Origin: an uncultured Bacteroidota bacterium
Lineage (GTDB): Bacteria > Bacteroidota > Bacteroidia > Bacteroidales > VadinHA17
DNA length: 64,000 nucleotides
NCBI GenBank assembly: GCA_903844815.1
Contig: CAIMVD010000101.1
Coordinates: forward strand, 4,220 to 68,219
Direction of reading: 5' to 3'
Positions 50,311-59,937 of this stretch are shown here, piece after piece; positions within the stretch are counted from its first letter, which is position 1; every line of letters begins with the position of its first letter. Below the pieces are notes generated by a model that was given only the letters and a program-made list of their open reading frames with translations, did no database searches and was not told the origin of the DNA. The position numbers were made by a program, and so were the translations under genes.

Positions 50311-53217
50311 TCAAAAAATGACCTCAATGAATTTTACCTCAAATGGTTTAAGAGTCACTGACGAGAGCTTCTGCCCTATCTGAACACCAAGCGTATTAAC
50401 CTCCGTAATCCCCGAAACTGATAAATCAGGCAATGCCGACGATATTTTTACTTCTGCCGGCTTTCCGTCAGTTTCCCTGAAATGCAGCAATATAGTCCTC
50501 TCCTTTTTAAACACAGGACGTGTATTAACAAGGAGGGCATTTTCAGAACCCTCAATATTCAGGGTTTTGAGGCTGAAATCCTTCAGCTTATTCTCTCCTG
50601 CCGGAAAGGTTCTTGTAAGAAAAGGATTTCGTTCGCCCCATGAATATTTTGCAGCGAAGGAATTTGAGGTATCGCGAGTGGAAGTAATCTGGTAGCTCCA
50701 TGTGAATGCGCCTTCCTGAAAGGCTCTGAAGTTGGTGAACCAGTAATTATTCATGACGTAGGAATAGAGCCATGCCTTGCCTGCCTTTGGGTTCCTTTCG
50801 TATTTCCCAAGGTTGAAATCGCTAAACTGCCATAAGGGCGCCTCGTTGCTAACAACTATTATTTGTCCTGTTTTGCCTCTTACTGCCACAAAGTTCTGAA
50901 CAGTATTCCAATCGGTTGATGAGCCAGGCAACTGATCTCCCTGCGACAATGTCCCCCCGATTGTTTCGAAGACAATCCGCGATTGCGGCAGGGTGAAAGG
51001 GAAAGCCACATACAGAGCTTCCGGAGAAGTTACAATTTCCTTGTTTGCACTGAAAACGAACTCAGCCTTTTTTGAGTTTTTGTAAAGACGTATTTCGACT
51101 TCAACTCCTTTCGGATTTTCCAGCTTCCCCGCGGTAAATCCGTCGAGATCTGCACCAATTTTTATGCTTTCCCATACCTGTCCGGATTCTCCGGCTTCTA
51201 CCCTAACATTCCTCACAGTTGTATGTGTCAGAGCCATCGAATCACGGTTCGGAACCGTTTCATGAACAAGCTGACCGATCAGATAAGGATTATTATGGTC
51301 AATAAGATCGGTACCAAGATCCTTATCAAAAAGACCACTGACGGCTCCGGTTTTTTTATCAACAGTAATCCTGTAATATTGGTTTTCAAGGATCTCAATG
51401 CCGGAAGAAACCTGGTTAACCTGAGGTTCCTGTGAGTCGCCTGTCTCAACTTTCAGGGCTTTAAAGCCTAACGCGGGCACCTCTTTTACATCAAGCATCC
51501 AATAGGCTCCTTCCGAACGCCTTGTAAGCATCTGAGAGGGAACTTCAGCACCCGTAGAAAGATCGATAAGCCTCACCTTTCTATTCAATGGAAGTATCTG
51601 GCCGTCAATAAAAAGCTTCACATTACCTGATCGCTTCCACCCCATCGGGTTCACGACATATATTACCGGGAATTCTGCCTTAGGAAGAAATTGCTGAAAC
51701 CTTGCATTAGCCTCTTCATTGAGAAGGGTAACCTGTTTAAGCGCCTCCCATGCATAAGATCCTTTCATGAGCCACTGTTTTGTAGTATTCTCCGAAAAGG
51801 GACGATCGATACTCTCATCGGCCCCGGAAGTATGCTCATCGAAGAAGATTGCATTTTCGTTGATATGAGCTATTTTCTCTTCGGTCAACGGACTAAGCTC
51901 GCCTTTCAACATCGAGACCATTGCAAAAAGAGCCTCATCGGTTTGTAAAAGATTCTGGGTCTTTCTTACCTCGGCTGTTTCGCGTGATGAGGAACCAAAG
52001 CCGTCGGTCCACCAGTCGGGCCATGCTTTCCTGTAGACAGGCAGGCTTGCAGAATAATTCTTCTGAACATATTCAGGAAATTCGCTTGCCAGGGCGAGCC
52101 TGAGTTTTGGAGATTCATACTTTGAATTCCAATCCTCAACTACCTTGCAGGCAGCCGTTGAAGGAGGTGCATTATCGGTCCAGTAGCCAGAAAACTGAAT
52201 CCCGATTTTATCAAAAGGATATCCCTTCGAATCGATGTCGGCGATATGATCGAGCAATTTATATTCATTTAATGCCTTGCTGTGTATCCCGTAAAAATTA
52301 CCGGTATGGTAATGGTCGGCCCTGAAGGCAAGCAGTCTCTCACCGGAGGGAGCCTCCCACCAGAAGGCAGTAGGTTTGTCGAAGGGAAGTACCGACCTGG
52401 TCTCATTAATGCCCATTATCAGGTATTTTACCCCTGTATTCTTAAAATAATCGGGCATGCACCAGGCTATACCATTCACATCGTTCTGCATGGCGCTCGT
52501 GACAGGAATACCCTGAGCAACAAGTTCCTTTAGGGGCTGAAGAAAATCGAACATAATGTTTTCATCGGTGATCTCGGCCATATTTGCGAACATTGCAGTC
52601 ACCTCAATACGGCCTTCGGCAATCCTTTTCTTCAACCTTTCGATCTGGTATTTTGGCCTGGTGCGCATGAACTCACGTGTTACCCAGGCCGATTCGCAGG
52701 TCCATCTGAATTTGCTGTCATCAGGCAGGTTATCGGTCTGGTCGCAATAATCAAGGGCATAGTCGATATACCTTATCTGTTCTGCAAGTATTTCCGACTG
52801 GGGCCTCGTATAACCGATATCGGTATGGGAATGCTGTACAAATAATATCTCCCATTTTTTGGGTGGGATGAGCTGAAAAGGGATCTTAACCTCTGCATTC
52901 CTGTTGACTCTTACAGAAATTGTTAACTTTTCAGGTTTGCTTACAGCAGGGACAGTTAACAGGAATTTATTCTTCTCTGTGTTAAAATCAGAAGAAAGAA
53001 CCTGTTTTCCTGAGATTGATATTACAACATTTCCCATATCAGGGGATTTAATTTCAGCCAGAATCTGCTGATATGATTTCCCTCCCTCTTTAAAGAGAAC
53101 AGGTGCATTCTTGAATCCGACAAATGTTTCGTCTTTAACCTGACCATATACAGGCATTGCAGCACACAGCAGCAGAAATATCATGATAGCTTCGGGAAGT
53201 ACTCTTTTCTTCATCAT
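50311..53217 (-). CDS. Secreted GH38-like glycoside hydrolase (alpha-mannosidase-like)
   Basis: Signal peptide, HSHTDIGYT, FRWTCES, MQNDVNG…W and W…WTDG; GH38-type middle and C-terminal beta domains. Confidence 0.8.
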   Translation of the reverse strand: MMKKRVLPEAIMIFLLLCAAMPVYGQVKDETFVGFKNAPVLFKEGGKSYQQILAEIKSPDMGNVVISISGKQVLSSDFNTEKNKFLLTVPAVSKPEKLTISVRVNRNAEVKIPFQLIPPKKWEILFVQHSHTDIGYTRPQSEILAEQIRYIDYALDYCDQTDNLPDDSKFRWTCESAWVTREFMRTRPKYQIERLKKRIAEGRIEVTAMFANMAEITDENIMFDFLQPLKELVAQGIPVTSAMQNDVNGIAWCMPDYFKNTGVKYLIMGINETRSVLPFDKPTAFWWEAPSGERLLAFRADHYHTGNFYGIHSKALNEYKLLDHIADIDSKGYPFDKIGIQFSGYWTDNAPPSTAACKVVEDWNSKYESPKLRLALASEFPEYVQKNYSASLPVYRKAWPDWWTDGFGSSSRETAEVRKTQNLLQTDEALFAMVSMLKGELSPLTEEKIAHINENAIFFDEHTSGADESIDRPFSENTTKQWLMKGSYAWEALKQVTLLNEEANARFQQFLPKAEFPVIYVVNPMGWKRSGNVKLFIDGQILPLNRKVRLIDLSTGAEVPSQMLTRRSEGAYWMLDVKEVPALGFKALKVETGDSQEPQVNQVSSGIEILENQYYRITVDKKTGAVSGLFDKDLGTDLIDHNNPYLIGQLVHETVPNRDSMALTHTTVRNVRVEAGESGQVWESIKIGADLDGFTAGKLENPKGVEVEIRLYKNSKKAEFVFSANKEIVTSPEALYVAFPFTLPQSRIVFETIGGTLSQGDQLPGSSTDWNTVQNFVAVRGKTGQIIVVSNEAPLWQFSDFNLGKYERNPKAGKAWLYSYVMNNYWFTNFRAFQEGAFTWSYQITSTRDTSNSFAAKYSWGERNPFLTRTFPAGENKLKDFSLKTLNIEGSENALLVNTRPVFKKERTILLHFRETDGKPAEVKISSALPDLSVSGITEVNTLGVQIGQKLSSVTLKPFEVKFIEVIF

Positions 53218-53517
53218 GTCAAATATTTTCAGAAGGTTAATTATCCAGGTTAATTTCAGTATTTTCAGTCAACATAAATATAATGGATAATCGTGATAAA
53301 ATATGCGATCAGCTACAAATCAGTACTCAGGGACTTCAAATTCGGTTTTCAATTTGATGAATTGTATAAAAATACTTAGGTTTAAGAAATAATAAATTCA
53401 CGAAGAAATAATCATGAATAACAGGAGCAGTATGATCTGTAATATTTTCGGTGAACATATAAGACCTATTTCCAAGGGTAAAACTACAGCCAGAAGTTTT
53501 CCATTTAAAAAAACAAA

Positions 53518-56500
53518 ATGAAAAACAGCAAAGAAAGCAGCCGGATACTCCTTCGCCAAAAGGCAGAAGAGCTTCTGAAAATGAAATATCCAGGGTCAGG
53601 TTCGCAACTTACTGAAGACGAATCGCTCAGACTCATACACGAACTGGAGGTTCACCAGATTGAGCTGGAATTGCAGAATGAAGAACTCATGAATGCATTA
53701 AGTATGGCAGAGGCTGCAAATGTCAAGTTAATTGGATTATATGACCAAACGGTTGTTGATATTTCCGACTGCAGGGATGTAGAAAAAAAGTTGCAGGACA
53801 TCATCGACAAAAATCCGATATCAATTCAAATACTCGATATTAACGGCTACACTATTCAAACAAATTCAGCTCACCTCAATCTTTTTGGCGCTGCTGTCCC
53901 TCAGGGATATTCATTATTTCAGGATCCTCAACTAATACAGCAAGGATTAGGAGAGTATTTCGATCGCATTATTAACGGTGAAGTTGTTTTTTTCCCCGAC
54001 TCGTATTTCAATGCCCATGAAGTTGATCCATCCTTTCCTGATATTCCTGTTGTGATAAAGACTACCGGGTTCTCATTGGCTGACGGCAATGGAATAACGG
54101 AGAAAATTGTTTTGATGCAGGAAAATATTACAGAGCGAAATCATGCCCAGCAAAAACTACAGGCTTCAGAGGAGATGTATCATGCCATTTTTCAGGGAAG
54201 TCACGACGGAATATTGATTGCCGATAGTACATCAAAGATGATTACCTATGCCAATGCGGCTCAATGCCATTTATTCGGCTATACAGAGGAACAATTCAAA
54301 ACGATGGACATTGCCGCTATTCATCCGCAGGATACTTTCACACATACTCTTGCAGAGTTTGAGAGTATGTTGCACGGGAAAACATCGCTTGCCGAAAATA
54401 TTCAATGCCTTAAAAGGAACGGCGAAATTTTTTATGCCGATATCAGCGGGGCGCTTATCTCAATAAATGGAAAAACCCAGCTACTGGGTTTTTTCAGGGA
54501 TATTACAACGCGCAAAAATGCTGAAAATGCACTGAAAGGAAGCGAAGAAAAATATCGTAAAGATTTGATATTTCTGCAATCAATTTTAGAAAGCCCAATT
54601 AACATCGTTATATTTTCAATTGATAAAAATTATTGTTATACAAAATTTTCAGTGTCTCATAAAGAAACAATGAGAAAAATCTGGGGCGTTGATATACAGA
54701 TTGGAATGAACATGCTTGATTTAATTGCCAATCCTGAAGACAGAAAAAAGGCTAAGAATAATTTTGACAGGGCCTTTAAAGGGGATTTTTTCATGTTGAC
54801 GGAAGAATATGGTGATAAAGAACTTTCCAGAATTTATTACGATAATTATTACAATCCGGTCAATGATGACGAAGGAAACATTGTTGGCTTATCCGTTTTC
54901 GTTCTCGATGTGACGCAACGCAAGCAGGCAGAAATGAAGATTATTGAACTGAATACTAACCTCGAACTGACGGTCAGTAAGAGAACTGCCCAGTATCAGG
55001 AAGCCCTGAGCAGGTTGGAGAAGATTGCCGACCGTGTCCCCGGCGTTGTGTATCAATTCCAGATGAACCCCGACGGCTCTTCCTGTTTCCCCTTTACCAG
55101 TGAAGGCATCCATGATATTTACCGGGTCTTCCCAGAAGATGTAGTCAATGATGCTTCCATAATATTTTCAAGGATTCACCCTGATGATTACAATGGTGTG
55201 GTTGCCTCTATTCAGGCATCGGCCAAAGACCTCACCCTTTGGCAGCATGAGTATCGGGTCAGGTTTGATGATGGTACGGTGCGTTGGTTATCGGGCAATG
55301 CCAAACCTCAAACAGAAGCAGATGGCACTATAATATGGCATGGTTTTATTTCAGATATCACCGAACGTAAGCTGGTAGAAGACGATCTCAAAGAAAGTAC
55401 TGAGAGGCATCGTGGATTAAGCGAAGCTGCTTTCGATTCAATCTTTTTCTCTGAAAAAGGTATTTGCATTGAGCAAAACCGGATGGCTGAAAAAATATTC
55501 GGTTATACCAACGAGGAGGCAATAGGAAGATATGGCACGGATTGGATAATAGAGGCTGACCGGAAAACGGTTATGGACAATATGATTGCGGGTCATGAAG
55601 AACCTTACGAAGTAACAGCTCTGAGAAAAGACGGTACAACATTCCCCTGCATGTTAAGCGGCAGAATGATGTATTATAAAGGGAGAAATGTACGCGTTAC
55701 TTCCCTGAGTGATATCACTCAGCGCAAACAAGCCGAAGAAGCCCTTATTAAAGCTAAAAGCGAAGCGGTAAAGGCAAATCAGGCCAAAAGTGAATTTCTT
55801 TCGCGCATGAGCCACGAACTGCGCACACCAATGAATTCGATACTTGGATTTGCACAGTTAATGCAGATGGCTGAACTTACCCCGAAACAAACTAAAGCTG
55901 TAAACCATATCCTCAACAATGGCAGACATTTACTTAACCTTATCAACGAGGTACTGGACATTTCAGGCATTGAAGCGGGAAGGCAAAACCTGACCCCGGA
56001 ACCAGTGCAGTTATCATCCTTTATCAATGAAATAACCGATGGCATACAAGTTGCAGCTAACAAAAGAAAAATATCAATCTGGCTTGTTGATTCACCAGCC
56101 AACAGCCTCTTTGCACTGGCCGACAGGTTCCGTTTAAAACAGGTTTTGATAAACCTCCTGGGCAACGCCATAAAATACAACAGCGAAGGGGGTTCGGTAA
56201 CGATTCGAACAGCCCGGCAACCAGCAAATGAACAAGGCCTCACCAATATCAGGATTTCAATCAGCGACAAAGGAAACGGAATCAGGCCCGAAGACATCGG
56301 AAAGCTTTTCCAGCCTTTTGAACGCATTGGAGCCGACAGAACCGAAACCGAAGGTACGGGGCTGGGACTGATGGTTGTGAAAAAACTTACTGAAGCCATG
56401 AACGGAACAGTTGGGGTTGAGAGTGAGGTCGGCACAGGAAGTACCTTCTGGATCGAACTGCCGTTCACCGAAAATAACCAACCGGATGTAAGTCAATCCC

Positions 56501-56910
56501 CCGGTTCTTCAACTCCTGAATTGTCTGACTACAAACATGTCTCAACTATTTTGTACATAGAAGACAATCTTTCGAATATAGAACTGGTTGGAGAAATCAT
56601 GGCTGAACATCGGCCGGAAATCCGTCTTATAACATCAGTTTACGGGAAGCAAGCCCTCAAACTTGCGGAAGAGCATAAGCCCGGTTTAATACTGCTCGAT
56701 CTCGATCTGCCCGATGTGCAGGGACGAGAAGTCCTGGAACAATTATTGACTGATGACAGTTCAAAAGCAATTCCGGTAATCATCATCAGTGCCGATGCCA
56801 TGCCGTTTCAGGTTGAAAAATTGATGAAAGCAGGCGCTATGGATTATTTAACAAAGCCGTTAGATATCGTTCAATTTCTGAGCACCATTGAACGGCACCT
56901 TAAAATTTAA
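53518..56910 (+). CDS. Multi-PAS hybrid histidine kinase (PAS x5, HisKA, HATPase, REC)
   Basis: Repeated (D/N)ITxRK PAC ends, SHELRTPMN, QVLINLLGNAIKY, GTGLGL and C-terminal YIEDN…LDLDLP…KP. Confidence 0.95.
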   Translation: MKNSKESSRILLRQKAEELLKMKYPGSGSQLTEDESLRLIHELEVHQIELELQNEELMNALSMAEAANVKLIGLYDQTVVDISDCRDVEKKLQDIIDKNPISIQILDINGYTIQTNSAHLNLFGAAVPQGYSLFQDPQLIQQGLGEYFDRIINGEVVFFPDSYFNAHEVDPSFPDIPVVIKTTGFSLADGNGITEKIVLMQENITERNHAQQKLQASEEMYHAIFQGSHDGILIADSTSKMITYANAAQCHLFGYTEEQFKTMDIAAIHPQDTFTHTLAEFESMLHGKTSLAENIQCLKRNGEIFYADISGALISINGKTQLLGFFRDITTRKNAENALKGSEEKYRKDLIFLQSILESPINIVIFSIDKNYCYTKFSVSHKETMRKIWGVDIQIGMNMLDLIANPEDRKKAKNNFDRAFKGDFFMLTEEYGDKELSRIYYDNYYNPVNDDEGNIVGLSVFVLDVTQRKQAEMKIIELNTNLELTVSKRTAQYQEALSRLEKIADRVPGVVYQFQMNPDGSSCFPFTSEGIHDIYRVFPEDVVNDASIIFSRIHPDDYNGVVASIQASAKDLTLWQHEYRVRFDDGTVRWLSGNAKPQTEADGTIIWHGFISDITERKLVEDDLKESTERHRGLSEAAFDSIFFSEKGICIEQNRMAEKIFGYTNEEAIGRYGTDWIIEADRKTVMDNMIAGHEEPYEVTALRKDGTTFPCMLSGRMMYYKGRNVRVTSLSDITQRKQAEEALIKAKSEAVKANQAKSEFLSRMSHELRTPMNSILGFAQLMQMAELTPKQTKAVNHILNNGRHLLNLINEVLDISGIEAGRQNLTPEPVQLSSFINEITDGIQVAANKRKISIWLVDSPANSLFALADRFRLKQVLINLLGNAIKYNSEGGSVTIRTARQPANEQGLTNIRISISDKGNGIRPEDIGKLFQPFERIGADRTETEGTGLGLMVVKKLTEAMNGTVGVESEVGTGSTFWIELPFTENNQPDVSQSPGSSTPELSDYKHVSTILYIEDNLSNIELVGEIMAEHRPEIRLITSVYGKQALKLAEEHKPGLILLDLDLPDVQGREVLEQLLTDDSSKAIPVIIISADAMPFQVEKLMKAGAMDYLTKPLDIVQFLSTIERHLKI

Positions 56911-56969
56911 GCTATTTTTATTTCGATCAGAACAGAAAATATAAATACATGTAATACAAACTTGATTTT

Positions 56970-57890
56970 ATGAAGCCATTTTATCAGAAACTGGCAGTTG
57001 CTCCAACGCAATCAGTATTATTTTATAATGAAGAAAAACCTCATTTTACCGTTCAGTGGCACTATCATCCGGAGATTGAGATTCTCTTCGTTGTAAAAAG
57101 CTCAGGTTTATGTTATGTGGGCGATGGAATACATCGTTTCACAGAAGGCGAGATCAGCATTATCGGCGAGAATGTACCTCACTGGTGGAAAAGCGATGCA
57201 AGGTATCTTGATCCCAACTACACTCATGGTATCAAAGCCCAGATAATTCAATTCAAGAAGGAGATCTTTGATTCCAATTTCATAAACCTTCCTGAGATGA
57301 CGGCCATAAAGGGGCTGATAGGCAAATCGCAAAGGGGAATCCAGTTCAGCGGAAAATGCAGGAAAATGCTCGGGGACCAGATACAGAAGATCTTCCGGCT
57401 TTCCGGCTTAAGGAGAATCACCGAGCTGATTATCCTGCTGAATATGATGGCAAATGCCGAAGAATACGATTACCACTCCAGTATAGGGTATTCCAGGATT
57501 GTTAACTCCTACGATTTTTCCCGATTCAACATTATTCATGAATACATAATCCGAAACTTCGCAAAGCCAATAAAACTCGAAGACATTGCTGCGAAAGCAA
57601 ACATATGTCCCACAGCATTCTGCAGGTATTTCAAACAGCAAACGGGCCGGACATTTGTCTCGTTTCTGAACGAGATCAGGATCGGTTATGCATGCAAGCT
57701 AATGATCGAAGAAAAACTTCCCGTTTCAATAGCCTGCAGTGAAAGCGGTTTCAACAACCTGGCCCATTTCAATAAATTATTCAAAAGGTTTTTTGGCATG
57801 AGCCCCACCGAATACCTGCGGTCGTACCATCTCAGGGAAAAACCTGTAATGGAATATTCAAAAATGGGTTTTTTAGCTCAGCATGAATGA
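56970..57890 (+). CDS. AraC family transcriptional regulator (cupin plus HTH)
   Basis: WHYHPEIEI cupin; IAAKANICPTAFCRYFK and GFNNLAHFNKLFKR HTHs. Confidence 0.95.
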   Translation: MKPFYQKLAVAPTQSVLFYNEEKPHFTVQWHYHPEIEILFVVKSSGLCYVGDGIHRFTEGEISIIGENVPHWWKSDARYLDPNYTHGIKAQIIQFKKEIFDSNFINLPEMTAIKGLIGKSQRGIQFSGKCRKMLGDQIQKIFRLSGLRRITELIILLNMMANAEEYDYHSSIGYSRIVNSYDFSRFNIIHEYIIRNFAKPIKLEDIAAKANICPTAFCRYFKQQTGRTFVSFLNEIRIGYACKLMIEEKLPVSIACSESGFNNLAHFNKLFKRFFGMSPTEYLRSYHLREKPVMEYSKMGFLAQHE

Positions 57891-57927
57891 CTTTCGCCCA
57901 TTCACTCATTGCGTTACCGTGCAAGAC

Positions 57928-59091
57928 TCATTTTGCAGGTTGAAGCAGACCTGATATTTTCCTGAAGACATCAGTATTTTCATAAATTCCTGCGAACTCC
58001 TCAGCGCCCGGCCCATAGGCATAAACAGGTACCAAAATACCCGAATGGCCTGTTGTCGAAAAATTACCTCTAACGGTTCCTGTACTTATGCTTCCATCTA
58101 GAAGGGTAAGTCCCCCGGTTTCATGGTCGGCAAGAATAATAACAAGGGTATGTCCGTCTTTTTCAGCCCACTGCATAACCTTTCCAATAGTCCTGTCAAA
58201 ATCAAACACCTCTTCCACAAGGGCAGGCATATCATTTGAATGGCCGCAATCGTCGATCCTTGAGCCCTCGTACATTGCAAAAAAGCCTTTGCTATTCCGG
58301 CTCAACAGGCTGAGACTATGCATTACTGCCCTGGCAAACAAGTCTCCACGCTCAGGGGCAAGGGGCAACTGACCCTCTTCAGGAACAGAAAAAACCTTGC
58401 CATAGGTTATCCTTTCAGTCTCTTCCCAGGTAGTGCAAACCTGATATCCCTTATTCTTCATTTCATTAAGAAGGTCACGCTTATCGGTTCTCTTGTTGAA
58501 TTTCTCCCGTCCTGCCCCAAAAATATAGTCGACATTGCAATTCAGATAATCAGCAGCTATTTCCTCCTCCCTGTCGCGGTCAACGTTATTTGCACAAAAT
58601 ACCGAAGGCGTGGCATCCGACAAATTGCAGGTGACTACAATACCTGTCGACAACCCGCCTGCATGGGCAAGGTCGGTCAGGGAATTGAGGGGTTTCCCCT
58701 CCGTATCTACTGAAATACAATGGTAATTTGTCTTGCTCCCGGTAGCCATAGCAGTTCCTGCAGCACCAGAATCGGTTATCAGCTTATCGGCACACCATGT
58801 TCTTGAAAATCCTGAATATGTGCAATTGTCGATATTCAGGCTGCCATGATTGGCCACCCATGCTGCAGAAACCTGAACAAGTCCCATACCGTCGCCAATC
58901 ATGAGAATAACATTTTTTACCGATTTCCCTTTTACCTTTTTTACTTTTACGGTTTCATAGGGCTTTGTTACAGTGTATAAAGACTTATCAGGCAATGATG
59001 CAGGCACTGTCTGGCACACGAGCAGCTTTGCCGGCAGAAGTAATGCAAAAATCAGAGGAATAATCTGAAAATAAATCTTTTTGCTTCTCAT
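57928..59091 (-). CDS. Alkaline phosphatase (PhoA-like), secreted
   Basis: IGDGMG, TDSGAAG (catalytic Ser), EGSRIDDCGH, ADHETGG and GHSG. The Met at 59091 precedes a signal peptide; the ORF track start at 59139 overlaps the upstream stop. Confidence 0.92.
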   Translation of the reverse strand: MRSKKIYFQIIPLIFALLLPAKLLVCQTVPASLPDKSLYTVTKPYETVKVKKVKGKSVKNVILMIGDGMGLVQVSAAWVANHGSLNIDNCTYSGFSRTWCADKLITDSGAAGTAMATGSKTNYHCISVDTEGKPLNSLTDLAHAGGLSTGIVVTCNLSDATPSVFCANNVDRDREEEIAADYLNCNVDYIFGAGREKFNKRTDKRDLLNEMKNKGYQVCTTWEETERITYGKVFSVPEEGQLPLAPERGDLFARAVMHSLSLLSRNSKGFFAMYEGSRIDDCGHSNDMPALVEEVFDFDRTIGKVMQWAEKDGHTLVIILADHETGGLTLLDGSISTGTVRGNFSTTGHSGILVPVYAYGPGAEEFAGIYENTDVFRKISGLLQPAK

Positions 59092-59135
59092 ACTATAGTT
59101 CTGGTAGTTAATAACGAAATCATCAATCCGGATAA

Positions 59136-59918
59136 TCATTTATTTTTGTTATTAAGAAATCCTGCCAATTCATTTACACGGTCGGTATTAATAAAGTCCA
59201 CCCCAAGGCCTTCAAATGTTTTCCATGCATTTTCGCCATCGGGAGCATTCCAGAACCTTATTTTCCTTTTCAGATCATGGACTGAATCAATTACATGCAC
59301 AAGCCTAGATTTGTCGGCTGCCGGCATCTCACCTTCGCCTCTCCATTTGGTGAATACTGCCAGGTTTTCGCTGAAAAGGGGAACTCTTTCAAGCTGTTTC
59401 TGGTTATAATTCCCGTTAAGAAGGCCATCATATAAGATAAATTCAGGGTAGGAGGTGAATCCGGAAGGCTCTGGCCTGTTTCCGGAAATTACCACCATTA
59501 CTCCGTTTGGGTTGACTTTAAGATCGAAAACATCAGGATATTGGCCCAGCTTCTTAGCCAGTATCGAAAGCGTCGGCTCTGCCAGGGTCTTCAGATCGAT
59601 CAGCAACTGGAAAGTCCCCGGAAAGTCGTACCAGGCCTTCCCCTTATTGTGCCTGAAGAGTTTTACTATTGGATTTATGTATAACGCGTCGAGAGTAAGT
59701 TCAGGCTTTATCTGTGATCTGTCGTGGGCCACCAGTAATTCGCCGTTAACCGCCCAGATATCAGCCTCTATTGATCCGAAGTGGCTATAATATGCCAGCC
59801 AGAAAGGTATATCATTACTGTAGTCATTGTGCGAATGAGCATTCAGTGTCGAATACTGGGCAGGTGCTGTTGCGAAAAAGCAACTAAGAATGATGATGGA
59901 AAAAAGAATTCTTTTCAT
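59136..59918 (-). CDS. Secreted PI-PLC/GDPD-like phosphodiesterase (HSHNDY family)
   Basis: Signal peptide, NAHSHNDY, SIEADIW, LLVAHD, LLIDLK, RFW and VDFINTD. Confidence 0.8.
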   Translation of the reverse strand: MKRILFSIIILSCFFATAPAQYSTLNAHSHNDYSNDIPFWLAYYSHFGSIEADIWAVNGELLVAHDRSQIKPELTLDALYINPIVKLFRHNKGKAWYDFPGTFQLLIDLKTLAEPTLSILAKKLGQYPDVFDLKVNPNGVMVVISGNRPEPSGFTSYPEFILYDGLLNGNYNQKQLERVPLFSENLAVFTKWRGEGEMPAADKSRLVHVIDSVHDLKRKIRFWNAPDGENAWKTFEGLGVDFINTDRVNELAGFLNNKNK

Positions 59919-59937
59919 ATCAGTACTGTTTTTTGTA

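Noticed and set aside
55779-56468. 229-aa antisense ORF
   Set aside because: It lies wholly opposite the conserved HisKA/HATPase region; a typical shadow ORF with no recognisable motifs.
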